Shown here: positions 9,740-18,484 of the stretch, one piece after another | Position numbering within the stretch: position 1 is the first letter of the stretch | How the letters are laid out: each line of letters opens with the position of its first letter | NCBI GenBank assembly: GCA_001803205.1 | Contig: MHBE01000035.1 | Location: 12,650-76,649, forward strand | DNA from: Lentisphaerae bacterium GWF2_38_69 | GTDB taxonomy: Bacteria > Verrucomicrobiota > Lentisphaeria > Victivallales > GWF2-38-69 | Length of the DNA stretch: 64,000 bases | Direction: 5' to 3' | Program-made: the position numbers and the translations under genes | The notes under the pieces: generated by a model | Databases searched by the model: none | What the model was told of the DNA's origin: nothing | The model's input: the letters and a program-made list of their open reading frames with translations, nothing else

Positions 9740-10483
9740 ATGAAACTATATAAATACAGACCAATTAATAAGTTCTCAATACAAATTTTAATAAATAAAA
9801 AAATTTGGTATGCAAAGCCTACTTCTTTTAATGATCCATTCGACTGTGGTATTGATTTAGATTCTAATCTTTCTCTGGAAGAAAAAGTAGAAGTTCTCAA
9901 GTTCAAAATGTTTCAAGAGGGTTGGTCTCCCCAAAAAGTAAAACAACAATTAATTTATTCGTTTAATTCTCAAGGAGAATTAAACGATAAGGCAGAAAAC
10001 AATATATTGAAAATTTATGACGAAGTTTACCAAAAAAGAGATAATACTGGAGTTTTATCTCTATCCTCTAAAAATAGTGAGATGTTAATGTGGTCTCATT
10101 ATGCAGATAGCCATAAAGGACTTTGTTTAGAAATCGAAGTTGAAGAGAATAGTAATACTATCTCAAGAGTAAAGTATAGTGAAGACATTCCAAAACATAC
10201 TTTACATGACATATTTATTAAACGAGATACAAATATTTTTGATTTATTGATTACGAAACATATTGATTGGGATTATGAAAATGAATATAGAATCATCCTA
10301 GATAGAGGAAATTTACTTCATAATTTACCTGGGAAAATAACATCAGTAATATTTGGTTTAAAAACACCGAATAACGAAATTGAAGAAATAAAAAAAATTG
10401 CTTCAGAAAATTTACCTGATGTTAAATTTAAAAAATGTATCAAGTCAAAGGTTAAATTTGAGATATTAATAGAAAATGTATAA
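9740..10483 (+). CDS. Cassette 2: DUF2971-like protein
   Basis: LYKYR, FNDPFDC, LMWSHYADSHKGLC, KHIDWDYENEYRI motifs; real start MKLYKY at 9740. Confidence 0.8.
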   Translation: MKLYKYRPINKFSIQILINKKIWYAKPTSFNDPFDCGIDLDSNLSLEEKVEVLKFKMFQEGWSPQKVKQQLIYSFNSQGELNDKAENNILKIYDEVYQKRDNTGVLSLSSKNSEMLMWSHYADSHKGLCLEIEVEENSNTISRVKYSEDIPKHTLHDIFIKRDTNIFDLLITKHIDWDYENEYRIILDRGNLLHNLPGKITSVIFGLKTPNNEIEEIKKIASENLPDVKFKKCIKSKVKFEILIENV

Positions 10484-10550
10484 CTTGTAGGTGCACTTAA
10501 TCTGGAAAACGCTTCGCTTTTTCCCAGATAAGTGACCATTAATGTTACGA
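10478..10550 (+). repeat. attC site 2
   Basis: R'' GTATAAC overlapping the stop; CACTTA.TCTGG/CCAGATAAGTG stem; R' GTTACGA. Confidence 0.8.
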
Positions 10551-10562
10551 GGATATAGAAAA

Positions 10563-10799
10563 ATGACGAAAGATAAATTTAGGGAAATTTGTCCAATATG
10601 TGGAAATAAATTTCAAAATGGTCCACATGTATATGAGCATTATATAAAACGATATGAAATGACTGTATGCACTACTTGTTGGAAGTCCAATTGGGATGGA
10701 TGGGCTCCACATTATGAAGAAAAAATACTGAATCACTTAGAAGAAAAAGGATTATCAGTACCAAAGAAAAATAAAAAAGGCTGGTTACCAAGAGATTGA
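10563..10799 (+). CDS. Cassette 3: small CxxC...CxxC (zinc-ribbon-like) protein
   Basis: CPIC and CTTC pairs; GAGGA RBS before ATG 10563. Confidence 0.6.
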   Translation: MTKDKFREICPICGNKFQNGPHVYEHYIKRYEMTVCTTCWKSNWDGWAPHYEEKILNHLEEKGLSVPKKNKKGWLPRD

Positions 10800-10808
10800 A
10801 TAAAAAAA

Positions 10809-10868
10809 TCTTAACAAGCCGCCTTACTAAACCGGTTAATCGCCGGCTAGAGAGCTTTAGCGTTGGCT
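10809..10868 (+). repeat. attC site 3
   Basis: R'' TCTTAAC ... CCGG.TAATCG.CCGG core ... R' GTTGGCT, 60 bp. Confidence 0.75.
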
Positions 10869-10881
10869 ATAAAGAAGAAAT

Positions 10882-11427
10882 ATGACTTTAATAATAGCAG
10901 CAAGATGTTACGATGGATGTGTTATAGTATCTGACTCTAGACAGCACATTAAAAACGATACAGATATAAGATATAAAGATGGATATATAAAAGTGCTTAT
11001 TTGTGGAAAGTATGTAATTTACAATCATGGTTATAATCGGATTGATAATAAGGATTGGAAATTACAAGCAAAGAATTTAACTCCTGAAGTAGACAATCCA
11101 GTATACAAACAAATTCAAGAAGAGATGAAGAGTAAGCCTGATAAGAAAGCTTTTTATGTCTTTATCAATAAAAATGAATTACATGAAATTTCGATTGAGG
11201 TTGGGAATGGAGTGAAGTATATAAATCATCTTCCTGGAGATAGACTAGTATCTGGTTGCGGAGCAAAATATGTAGATTTAGGTTTATTAATTGATCTTAA
11301 CACAAAAAAATACAATAAAGTAAGAGCTGATTTAGAAACAACTTTTTTGAATGCTTATAATAATCAAAGTAAAGCAAATGGAAAAGAGTTTAGTAACGGA
11401 TATACAATTAAATATTTATTAAGCTAA
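10882..11427 (+). CDS. Cassette 4: Ntn-hydrolase / proteasome-beta-like protein
   Basis: N-terminus MTLIIAARCYDGCVIVSDSR fits the Thr1 ...DG.V..DSR pattern of proteasome-type subunits. Confidence 0.5.
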   Translation: MTLIIAARCYDGCVIVSDSRQHIKNDTDIRYKDGYIKVLICGKYVIYNHGYNRIDNKDWKLQAKNLTPEVDNPVYKQIQEEMKSKPDKKAFYVFINKNELHEISIEVGNGVKYINHLPGDRLVSGCGAKYVDLGLLIDLNTKKYNKVRADLETTFLNAYNNQSKANGKEFSNGYTIKYLLS

Positions 11428-11480
11428 CCAAACATTTCAGCGAACGCACTAATCGTGCTCCGCTAAATTTTTTGTTAGCT
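11422..11480 (+). repeat. attC site 4
   Basis: R'' AGCTAAC, R' GTTAGCT, 59 bp, CTAATCG loop. Confidence 0.85.
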
Positions 11481-11554
11481 AAGAACAATATTGATAGAAC
11501 GAATCTTTAATGATATAATTTGCAGAAAAAATAAATGGTAAAAAGGAAATTAAA

Positions 11555-11764
11555 ATGAGCATTACATTGCAAATAGATAAGATGTCAACAACCGATCGGC
11601 TTCAGGCAATGGAAGAACTCTGGGATGCGCTATGCCATGAAAAGCATGAGTTAGAATCTCCATCATGGCATGAGGAAATTCTTAATGCCAGAAAACAAAG
11701 GATTAAAACAGGCAAAGCTAAATTTATTACCCTCGATGAGCTAAAGAAACAGTTCGGAAGATGA
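11555..11764 (+). CDS. Cassette 5: addiction-module antitoxin
   Basis: RLQAMEELWDAL..SPSWHEEILNAR pattern typical of ParE-partner addiction module proteins. Confidence 0.8.
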   Translation: MSITLQIDKMSTTDRLQAMEELWDALCHEKHELESPSWHEEILNARKQRIKTGKAKFITLDELKKQFGR

Positions 11765-11853
11765 ATATTAAAGATGCAATTGTTACTGCAGTTTTGGATA
11801 TGCGTAGAAGTCCTACCTGGGTCCACAAAAAATTGAAAATCAGAAAAAGCTAA
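11761..11853 (+). pseudogene. Internally deleted RelE/ParE toxin remnant
   Basis: ATGA overlap with the antitoxin; only 30 aa, MNIKDAIVTAVLDMRRSPTWVHKKLKIRKS, resembling the C-terminal strand of ParE-type toxins. Confidence 0.65.
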
Positions 11854-11906
11854 CAACTCATTCCATCGAACGAACTAATCGCTCGCCGCTGAACTTATTC
11901 TTAGCT
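11848..11906 (+). repeat. attC site 5
   Basis: R'' AGCTAAC, CTAATCG loop, R' CTTAGCT (non-canonical first base), 59 bp. Confidence 0.75.
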
Positions 11907-11978
11907 TAAAAGAAGATTGTAATCAGTTACAATTTACTGTATTATTAGTTGTACAATAAATAATACAGGAGAGCAAAA

Positions 11979-12260
11979 ATGCAGAGAATAAATCTATCTA
12001 ATGACATTAGACCATTATCAGACTTCAGAGCCGAAGCAGCCTCTTGCATAAAACATGTTCATGATACTAAAAGACCTATTGTAATAACCCAAAGAGGAAA
12101 AGGAGTGGCTGTACTACTTGATATAAAAGACTATGAAGCGTTACAGGAAAAAATAGAATTATTGCAAGATGTTTACAACGCTGAAAGGCAAATTGAAACA
12201 GGAGAAACAGTTTCGCATAATCAAGCAAAAGCTAATATCCTATCAAGGTTAAAAAAATGA
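11979..12260 (+). CDS. Cassette 6: Phd/YefM family antitoxin
   Basis: IRPLSDFR..RPIVITQRGKGVAVLL motif. Confidence 0.9.
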   Translation: MQRINLSNDIRPLSDFRAEAASCIKHVHDTKRPIVITQRGKGVAVLLDIKDYEALQEKIELLQDVYNAERQIETGETVSHNQAKANILSRLKK

Positions 12261-12562
12261 GAGTTGAATGGACTCAATTAGCTCAGGATAGAGTTTTTGA
12301 TATTGCAGCTTATATATCTCAAGACAGCCTTACAGAAGCAAAGAAATGGGTAGGTAGGATTTTCGATTATGTCAAAAGATTAGAAATGTTTCCTGAAAGC
12401 GGCAGAAATATCCCGGAACTTTCCGGCAGAAAAGAGATAAGAGAGCTGATATTTGGCAATTACAGAATTATCTATAGAGTTGAGCAGGATATTTCTTATA
12501 TCTTAACAGTTAGAAATTATAAACAAATACTTCCACTTAATGAAATAATAAAGGATAACTAA
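12257..12562 (+). CDS. Cassette 6: RelE/ParE family toxin
   Basis: MRVEWTQLA..FPESGR..IRELIFGNYRIIYRV; ATGA overlap with the antitoxin. Confidence 0.9.
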   Translation: MRVEWTQLAQDRVFDIAAYISQDSLTEAKKWVGRIFDYVKRLEMFPESGRNIPELSGRKEIRELIFGNYRIIYRVEQDISYILTVRNYKQILPLNEIIKDN

Positions 12563-12612
12563 TCATTCCAGCGAGTGCGCTAATCGCACGCAGCTGAATT
12601 TGAATGTTACCC
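12553..12612 (+). repeat. attC site 6
   Basis: R'' GGATAAC, GTGCG-CTAAT-CGCAC stem-loop, R' GTTACCC, 60 bp. Confidence 0.85.
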
Positions 12613-12677
12613 TAAAGAAAATCAGAGCCAATTGCAATATTTAAAAAATAAAGATACAATATCTTCACAATGCATTT

Positions 12678-12923
12678 ATGGAGACAAAAATGATAGCTTT
12701 GGCTGAAAAAATTTATGAACAGGCATTAGATTTACCAACCGAAGATCGCTTACTTCTAATAGATAAATTACTTCATAGCGCAAATCTTCCCACCCAGCAA
12801 GAAATTGACAAAGCCTGGGCAATTGAAGCCGAAAGAAGGTTCAGATCTGTCGAAGCAGGAAAATCTAAACTTATCTCAGGAGAAAAAGTTTTTGAAAAGA
12901 TTAAGAAGAAATTTTCAAAATGA
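12678..12923 (+). CDS. Cassette 7: addiction-module antitoxin
   Basis: ALDLPTEDRLLLIDKLL..AWAIEAERR motif. Confidence 0.85.
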   Translation: METKMIALAEKIYEQALDLPTEDRLLLIDKLLHSANLPTQQEIDKAWAIEAERRFRSVEAGKSKLISGEKVFEKIKKKFSK

Positions 12924-13195
12924 AATATCACTTCCATGAAGAAGCCGAACAGGAATTGTTTGACGCTATAGGATATTACGAAGAATGTGAATTGGGACTA
13001 GGGTTAAAATTTTCTGAAGAAATATATGCTACCATTAAAAGGATCTGCGAGTTTCCATACGCTTGGGAAAGCATGGATTCAAATACCAAAAGATGTCTTA
13101 CCAATAAATTTCCATTTGACATTTTGTACCGAATTTCAAATAATGAAATTCTCGTAATGGCAGTCATGAATTTACATCGTATGCCAAACTATTAG
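12920..13195 (+). CDS. Cassette 7: RelE/ParE family toxin (possibly slightly C-truncated)
   Basis: FHEEAEQEL..AIGYYE..LGLKF..KFPF.ILYR..AVMNLHR motif. Confidence 0.85.
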   Translation: MKYHFHEEAEQELFDAIGYYEECELGLGLKFSEEIYATIKRICEFPYAWESMDSNTKRCLTNKFPFDILYRISNNEILVMAVMNLHRMPNY

Positions 13196-13211
13196 AAAAA
13201 TAGAAAGTAAA

Positions 13212-13270
13212 CCATAACCAAGCATTCCAGCTAACGCGCTAATCGCTCGCTGCTGAACTTATTCTTAGCT
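13212..13270 (+). repeat. attC site 7
   Basis: R'' CCATAAC, CTAATCG loop, R' CTTAGCT; right half nearly identical to attC5. Confidence 0.75.
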
Positions 13271-13323
13271 TAAAAGAAGATTGTAATCAGTTACAATTTA
13301 CTGTATTATTTGTTGTACAATAA

Positions 13324-13644
13324 TTGATATCTATTGGATACCTTGTAAGTCATCCTTGGATTTTGTATTCCCATCCAATACTTGGAGAACGCCTAGAATC
13401 CCTACCTAAATCTCCTAATTGCATTCATTTTCATTATATAGGCATTTTAACTAGAATAGCTGGTAAAGGAATAGGTAGGCAAGTTGTTTTAAAGTTTATC
13501 CAGTTTGTCCGGGAAAAAGGCTATAAAACCATATCTGCAGTTTCAGTTATGGGGACACTCAACTACTGGAAGAAGTATGGATTTATAGAGACACACTTGC
13601 CTTTAGCCAATAGTTGGAGGCTGTCTCCCCCTAACGGACTTTAA
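13324..13644 (+). pseudogene. GNAT acetyltransferase fragment
   Basis: GKGIGRQ acetyl-CoA motif and YWKKYGF; no good start or RBS, N-terminus apparently missing. Confidence 0.5.
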
Positions 13645-13671
13645 CCGTCTACCTTATGCCCATGCTGGGCA

Positions 13672-13712
13672 CAAAAAAAACTCGCTCGAGACAATCGTCT
13701 CAAGCGAGCTTT
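13672..13712 (-). terminator. Intrinsic terminator of the sugar porter gene
   Basis: CTCGCT.GAGAC/GTCTC.AGCGAG hairpin next to an A tract (U tract on minus). Confidence 0.7.
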
Positions 13713-13737
13713 GGATCATTTTAGAAAAAACAGAATA

Positions 13738-15183
13738 TTAGTCTAAACCAAGGCTTCTTAGCGGTTTGCCGGCTCTAAGGTCTGCTTCAATTTTTTCAAG
13801 TGTAACACCTCTTGTTTCTGGAACAAAGAACTTGACAAAGATTATTGCAAGTATACAAAATGCACCAAAGAGATAGAATATTGAAGAATTACCAAATGCC
13901 TTCATGAATGAAAGAGCATTAGCCATCACAAGTCCGGCAAATGTCCAATTAACCATTGTAGTAACGGTCATACCAACTTCACGGCCTTCGAGCGGAAATA
14001 TTTCTGAGCATACGAGCCATGCTACAGGTCCCCAGGAAACAGCGAAACCGAAAATATAAACAATTACGGAAATAAGCAATACAGCTTTAGCACCGCTGCT
14101 TACCTGAGAAGGATCAGTCGCAGTTCCAATTGTATGGAAAGAAAGACCGGCTGCAACCATTGTTACAAGCATACAGATTGCTCCTACATATAGAAGTTTC
14201 TTTCTTCCCCACTTTTCAACAAGTTTAATAGCAGGAAATGTGAAGAGCATATTTACCACAGGAACAGTCATCATCGCGACAATCCCTGTCATGCTGGCAT
14301 AGCCGAAAATTGTAGGCGCATAGTAAATCATCATATTGATGCCCACAAGTTGCTGGAACATCTGCAGAACTACACCGACGATAAGAATCTTAATGAAGTA
14401 ACCTTTTAAAATAATTCCCCCGACACTTTTGCCGGCACTGAGAGTAGTTTCTATTTCCTTAATTTCGAAATCAACTTCTTCCTGAGTGCTGAGTGTTCTC
14501 TGAAGGTTCCTGATTGCCTGTTCTTTTCTGCCTTTTAACATCAGCCATCTCGGGCTTTCAGGCAGGATAAAACTGCCGAAGAACATTACAAGCGCAAATA
14601 AAGCAATAACAAGGAACATCAGAGGAAGAGCCACCTGAGGATTCTCAACCAATCTTGCAATAAATACATTTGTAAGAGCAATCAAAAATATACCGATTGT
14701 AATAAGGAGCTGAAATAGTGTTCCCATAGCACCGCGAATCTTCGCAGGAGCTGTTTCAGAAAGATAGAGAGGAACAATAAATGAAGCTACACCTACAGCA
14801 AATCCAAGCAGAAAACGAAGAACTGTCAATACTCCAATAGGAGGAAGAAGAGCTGATCCTACTGAGCACGCACTGAAAAGGAATCCGGCCATGACCAAAC
14901 TTTTTTTACGACCCAGCAGTCTGGCAAAAAGACCTGACAGGAGCGCGCCAAGAATACCGCCCCATGCAAGAACTGCAGCATAATTTTCGCCGCCTTTTAC
15001 TCCCAGTTTATAAACTCCATCAATTGTATCAAGAGAGTTAGCGATAAACCCCTGGTCAAGACCGAAGAGAAGACCGCCTGTAGCAGCAATAATACAAATG
15101 ACATACACAATTCCTTTAAAACTGCCCTCATGAACCGGTGGTTGTGAATTAGTTTTACCTGTTGGCATTACTACGCCTGCCAT
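13738..15183 (-). CDS. Sugar porter family MFS transporter (GalP/AraE-like)
   Basis: GGLLFGLD, GRKK, PLYLSE, PESPRWL, QQLVGIN..YYAP, PETRG motifs. Confidence 0.93.
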   Translation of the reverse strand: MAGVVMPTGKTNSQPPVHEGSFKGIVYVICIIAATGGLLFGLDQGFIANSLDTIDGVYKLGVKGGENYAAVLAWGGILGALLSGLFARLLGRKKSLVMAGFLFSACSVGSALLPPIGVLTVLRFLLGFAVGVASFIVPLYLSETAPAKIRGAMGTLFQLLITIGIFLIALTNVFIARLVENPQVALPLMFLVIALFALVMFFGSFILPESPRWLMLKGRKEQAIRNLQRTLSTQEEVDFEIKEIETTLSAGKSVGGIILKGYFIKILIVGVVLQMFQQLVGINMMIYYAPTIFGYASMTGIVAMMTVPVVNMLFTFPAIKLVEKWGRKKLLYVGAICMLVTMVAAGLSFHTIGTATDPSQVSSGAKAVLLISVIVYIFGFAVSWGPVAWLVCSEIFPLEGREVGMTVTTMVNWTFAGLVMANALSFMKAFGNSSIFYLFGAFCILAIIFVKFFVPETRGVTLEKIEADLRAGKPLRSLGLD

Positions 15184-15234
15184 AATAATCTCCTTTTGTT
15201 ATTTTGTTTTTTGTGATTGGTGAAATTATTTAAA

Positions 15235-16533
15235 TTAGTGTTTGCAGCCTTTTATTCCATAATAGGCTATATAAAGATAGCAAAGAACAGGTATTATGAA
15301 ACAATGATGAATTCCAATTATATCTGCTATAAAGCCCTGAACCACCGGGATAATTGCTCCGCCGACTATTGCGGCGCAAAGTATACCTGAACCCTGATTG
15401 GTATGCACACCAAGGTCTTCAATGGCAAGACAGAAAATCGTCGGGAACATTACAGAGTTAAAAAGACCAACCGCAAGGATAGCGAACATTGCCAGGTGTC
15501 CGAAGGTAAGCATAGATATAAGAACAAGGATAATAGCTACTAAAGCATTGAAAGCAAGAACTTTATTTGGAGCAATGCTCTTCTGAACAGCTGATCCTAT
15601 AAATCTTCCTATCATAGCGCCACCCCAGTAAAGGGCGACCATTCCACCTGCCTTCGCTTCTGTGTATCCTGCTATATAATTCTGGCTAAGATAGTTAACA
15701 AGAAAACTGCCTATTGCTACTTCAGCTCCTACATATACAAAAATACCGACTGCGCCAAGTGTAAGATGTTTATAAGCCCATGCGCTCGCTTTCTCACCTG
15801 CAGCAGCCACATGGTCATGATGAGTAGCAAGCCCCTGAAGTTTAGGAAGTTTTACAATCATGAAAAATATAGCAAGCGCCAAGAGAATAAGTCCAAGAAC
15901 TATATATGGAATCTGGACAGAACTGGCTATTGTTTGATTGTAGGCAGCAATATCTGAAGCTGCTTTTGCGCTGGCATTGAGCTTTTCTGTAGCTTTCATG
16001 GCTACGCCAAGAATTACTATAGCGCCAAGGTATGGAGCTATTGTCGTCCCAAGTGAATTAAAAGCCTGTGCTAAAGTTAAACGGCTGGAAGCAGTCGCAG
16101 GTTTCCCTAGAACAGCAACATATGGATTTGCTGCAACCTGAAGTATGGTAATACCGGCAGCGAGCACGAAAAATGCAGTCAGGAACATTCCGTAAACCTG
16201 ATATTTAGCCGAGGGAATAAACATGAAGCATGCTATAGCCATGATTGTCAAACCAATCACAATACCATTTTTATAACCCACTTTCTTCATAAGGAAGCCA
16301 GCAGGTATGGAAACAACAAAGTAAGCCATAAAGAAAGCGAACTGTATCAGCATAGCCTGCGCATAGTTTAGAGTAAAAAGAGTCTTTAGGTGAGGAATAA
16401 TAATGTCATTGAGGCATGTTAGAAAACCCCACATAAAAAACAATGTTATTAATACCGACAGAGCAAATGGATAATTTTTCTGCTCTCCTGATGATGCTAT
16501 TGCGCCTGATACTGCTGCTGGACCGCTAGCCAT
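15235..16533 (-). CDS. FucP/GluP family glucose/galactose MFS transporter
   Basis: [38 protein letters not shown] motifs. Confidence 0.92.
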   Translation of the reverse strand: MASGPAAVSGAIASSGEQKNYPFALSVLITLFFMWGFLTCLNDIIIPHLKTLFTLNYAQAMLIQFAFFMAYFVVSIPAGFLMKKVGYKNGIVIGLTIMAIACFMFIPSAKYQVYGMFLTAFFVLAAGITILQVAANPYVAVLGKPATASSRLTLAQAFNSLGTTIAPYLGAIVILGVAMKATEKLNASAKAASDIAAYNQTIASSVQIPYIVLGLILLALAIFFMIVKLPKLQGLATHHDHVAAAGEKASAWAYKHLTLGAVGIFVYVGAEVAIGSFLVNYLSQNYIAGYTEAKAGGMVALYWGGAMIGRFIGSAVQKSIAPNKVLAFNALVAIILVLISMLTFGHLAMFAILAVGLFNSVMFPTIFCLAIEDLGVHTNQGSGILCAAIVGGAIIPVVQGFIADIIGIHHCFIIPVLCYLYIAYYGIKGCKH

Positions 16534-16637
16534 AATTTTACCTTTTTTGTGATTGATTTGATTATTTTATAGAAACAAAAATGAAATCCCTTTCATATAA
16601 GTATCACGAAATTTAAATTCTTTTCAACAGCAATGGC

Positions 16638-16682
16638 AAAAAAACATTAACCTCACATAACAGTTTAGTTATGCGAGGTTAA
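16638..16682 (-). terminator. Intrinsic terminator after the hydrogenase operon
   Basis: TTAACCTC.CATAAC/GTTATG.GAGGTTAA hairpin followed on minus by a U-rich tract. Confidence 0.7.
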
Positions 16683-16702
16683 GATTTTAAGAAGGAAGAA
16701 GT

Positions 16703-18469
16703 CTATTTATAATATATCGGCCTTGGAATATATTTAGTGTGAAGAAGGTGATGTGATTTATCGCTCAAAGGTTTATCAAGAAATTCTTTATAAAGCTGCT
16801 GGACTTCCTTATTGTGATGAGAGCATCTGAGTTCGCATTTCCCATCATCATTGTACAAACCTTTTGAACGCATCGTCCTGATTTTGTTTGTAACCTGGTA
16901 TGGCTGACCACCGCCTGCAATACATCCACCCTCACAAGCCATAACTTCTATAAAATCATAAGGCATCGGTTTTCCAGAAGCTTTGCATTCCCTGAGTTCT
17001 TCGCAAACTTCTCTTACATTTCCTATTCCGTGGGCTACTGCCACTCTTATTTTTTTACCGTTCATATCGACAGTAGCTCTCTTGACACCTTTAAGTCCTC
17101 TTACATCTTCGACATCCAGATTTTCGAGTTCTTTTCCGGTAACAAGGAAATAAGCTGTTCGTATAGCTGCTTCCATTACACCCCCGGTTGCTCCGAAAAT
17201 CGTGCCTGCTCCGGTGTATGAACCAAGAACACTGTCTGCCTTTTCGTCTTCCAGGTCAAGCAGATTTACGCCGCTTGTCTTAATCATCCTGACAAGTTCT
17301 CGAGTAGTTATCGACACATCCACATCCTGATAGCCGCTCGAATGCATATCAGCAGTTCTTGCAATCTCAAATTTCTTTGCAGTGCATGGCATCACAGACA
17401 ACATAAAAATTTTTCCAGGGTCTATGCCCATTTTTTCAGCATAATAGGTTTTTGAAAGAGCTCCGACCATTTCATGAGGGGATTTAGCAGTGGAAAAATG
17501 CTCGATCAGATCAGGATAGTACTTTTCCAGAAAATCAACCCATGCGGGGCAGCAGCTGGTAATAAGAGGAAGAGTCCCTTTGCCGTGAACAAGCCTTTCG
17601 ATAAGCTCCGAACCTTCTTCCATGATTGTCAAATCAGCACCGAAATTTGTATCAAATATAGCCTTAAAACCAATTCTTCTGAAAAACGCGTAAATCTGGC
17701 CGGTAAGCAAGGCTCCGGGCTCAAGGCCAAAACCTTCGCCGAGAGCTACTCTTACAGCAGGAGCTATCTGAACAACCGGATGAAGTGTTTCGTCTCGAAG
17801 AGTGAGCCATACCTGTGTCGCCTGGCTGAATTCAACTATAGCGCCCACAGGGCAGTGAGCGGAACATTGACCGCATTTTATACAAGGACTGTCCGCAAGC
17901 TGAATGTCGCCTGCCGGAGCTATTCTTGCATTAAATCCCCTGTCCAGAAACTCCAGGGCGTGAACTTGCTGTATTTCCTGGCAAACTTCAACGCATCTGC
18001 CGCAGCCAATACACTTCTGCGCATCAAAAACAACAGCTTTTGTTGAAGTATCTGTCTTGCCGCCTTTTACTATATTGTTGTAAGGAACCTCTCTTATTCC
18101 AAATTCTTCAGCTAATTTCTGTAGTTCGCAATTTCCATTTCTAAGACATGTAAGGCAAAGGAAAGGATGGGTGGAGAGAATAAGTTCGAGAACATTTTTT
18201 CTTACTTCATAAAGCTCCCCGTCGTGTGTTGTAATGTCCATACCTTTTTCGACGAGTGTACAGCATGCCCTTATAAGTTTTCTGTTATTCTTAACCTTAA
18301 CAACACATATCCCGCAATTTGCCGTAGGAGGAAGATCTTCGTGTTTGCACAGTGTCGGTATTTTTATATGTGCCAGTTTTGCTGCCTCGAGAATGGTAAG
18401 ACTGGAACTTACGCTGTAATCTTTATTGTTAATTTTAATATTAACCTTTATATCTTTAGTCTGAGTCAT
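16703..18469 (-). CDS. hydA: [FeFe]-hydrogenase catalytic subunit (HydA/HndD, group A3-like)
   Basis: H-cluster motifs TSCCPAW, MPCTAKKFE, EVMACEGGCIAGGGQP; N-terminal 2Fe-2S and 4Fe-4S Cys motifs. Confidence 0.93.
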   Translation of the reverse strand: MTQTKDIKVNIKINNKDYSVSSSLTILEAAKLAHIKIPTLCKHEDLPPTANCGICVVKVKNNRKLIRACCTLVEKGMDITTHDGELYEVRKNVLELILSTHPFLCLTCLRNGNCELQKLAEEFGIREVPYNNIVKGGKTDTSTKAVVFDAQKCIGCGRCVEVCQEIQQVHALEFLDRGFNARIAPAGDIQLADSPCIKCGQCSAHCPVGAIVEFSQATQVWLTLRDETLHPVVQIAPAVRVALGEGFGLEPGALLTGQIYAFFRRIGFKAIFDTNFGADLTIMEEGSELIERLVHGKGTLPLITSCCPAWVDFLEKYYPDLIEHFSTAKSPHEMVGALSKTYYAEKMGIDPGKIFMLSVMPCTAKKFEIARTADMHSSGYQDVDVSITTRELVRMIKTSGVNLLDLEDEKADSVLGSYTGAGTIFGATGGVMEAAIRTAYFLVTGKELENLDVEDVRGLKGVKRATVDMNGKKIRVAVAHGIGNVREVCEELRECKASGKPMPYDFIEVMACEGGCIAGGGQPYQVTNKIRTMRSKGLYNDDGKCELRCSHHNKEVQQLYKEFLDKPLSDKSHHLLHTKYIPRPIYYK

Positions 18470-18484
18470 ATTCAAATTCTCCTC

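Larger units (their letters stand above)
9165..13270 (+). mobile_element. Integron gene-cassette array lacking an adjacent integrase (CALIN), 7 cassettes
   Basis: Co-oriented short ORFs each followed by a 59-73 bp imperfect palindrome bounded by xxxxAAC...GTTxxxx-like boxes; no tyrosine recombinase ORF in the window. Confidence 0.85.

Noticed and set aside
9160-9906. 248-aa minus-strand ORF and the 35-aa N-terminal extension of ORF 9635-10483
   Set aside because: Antisense shadow of GC-rich cassette 1; the extension simply reads through attC1
11422-13270. Recurring ~59-bp repeats as a CRISPR array
   Set aside because: Repeats are degenerate and separated by whole genes; they have attC box structure and there are no cas genes
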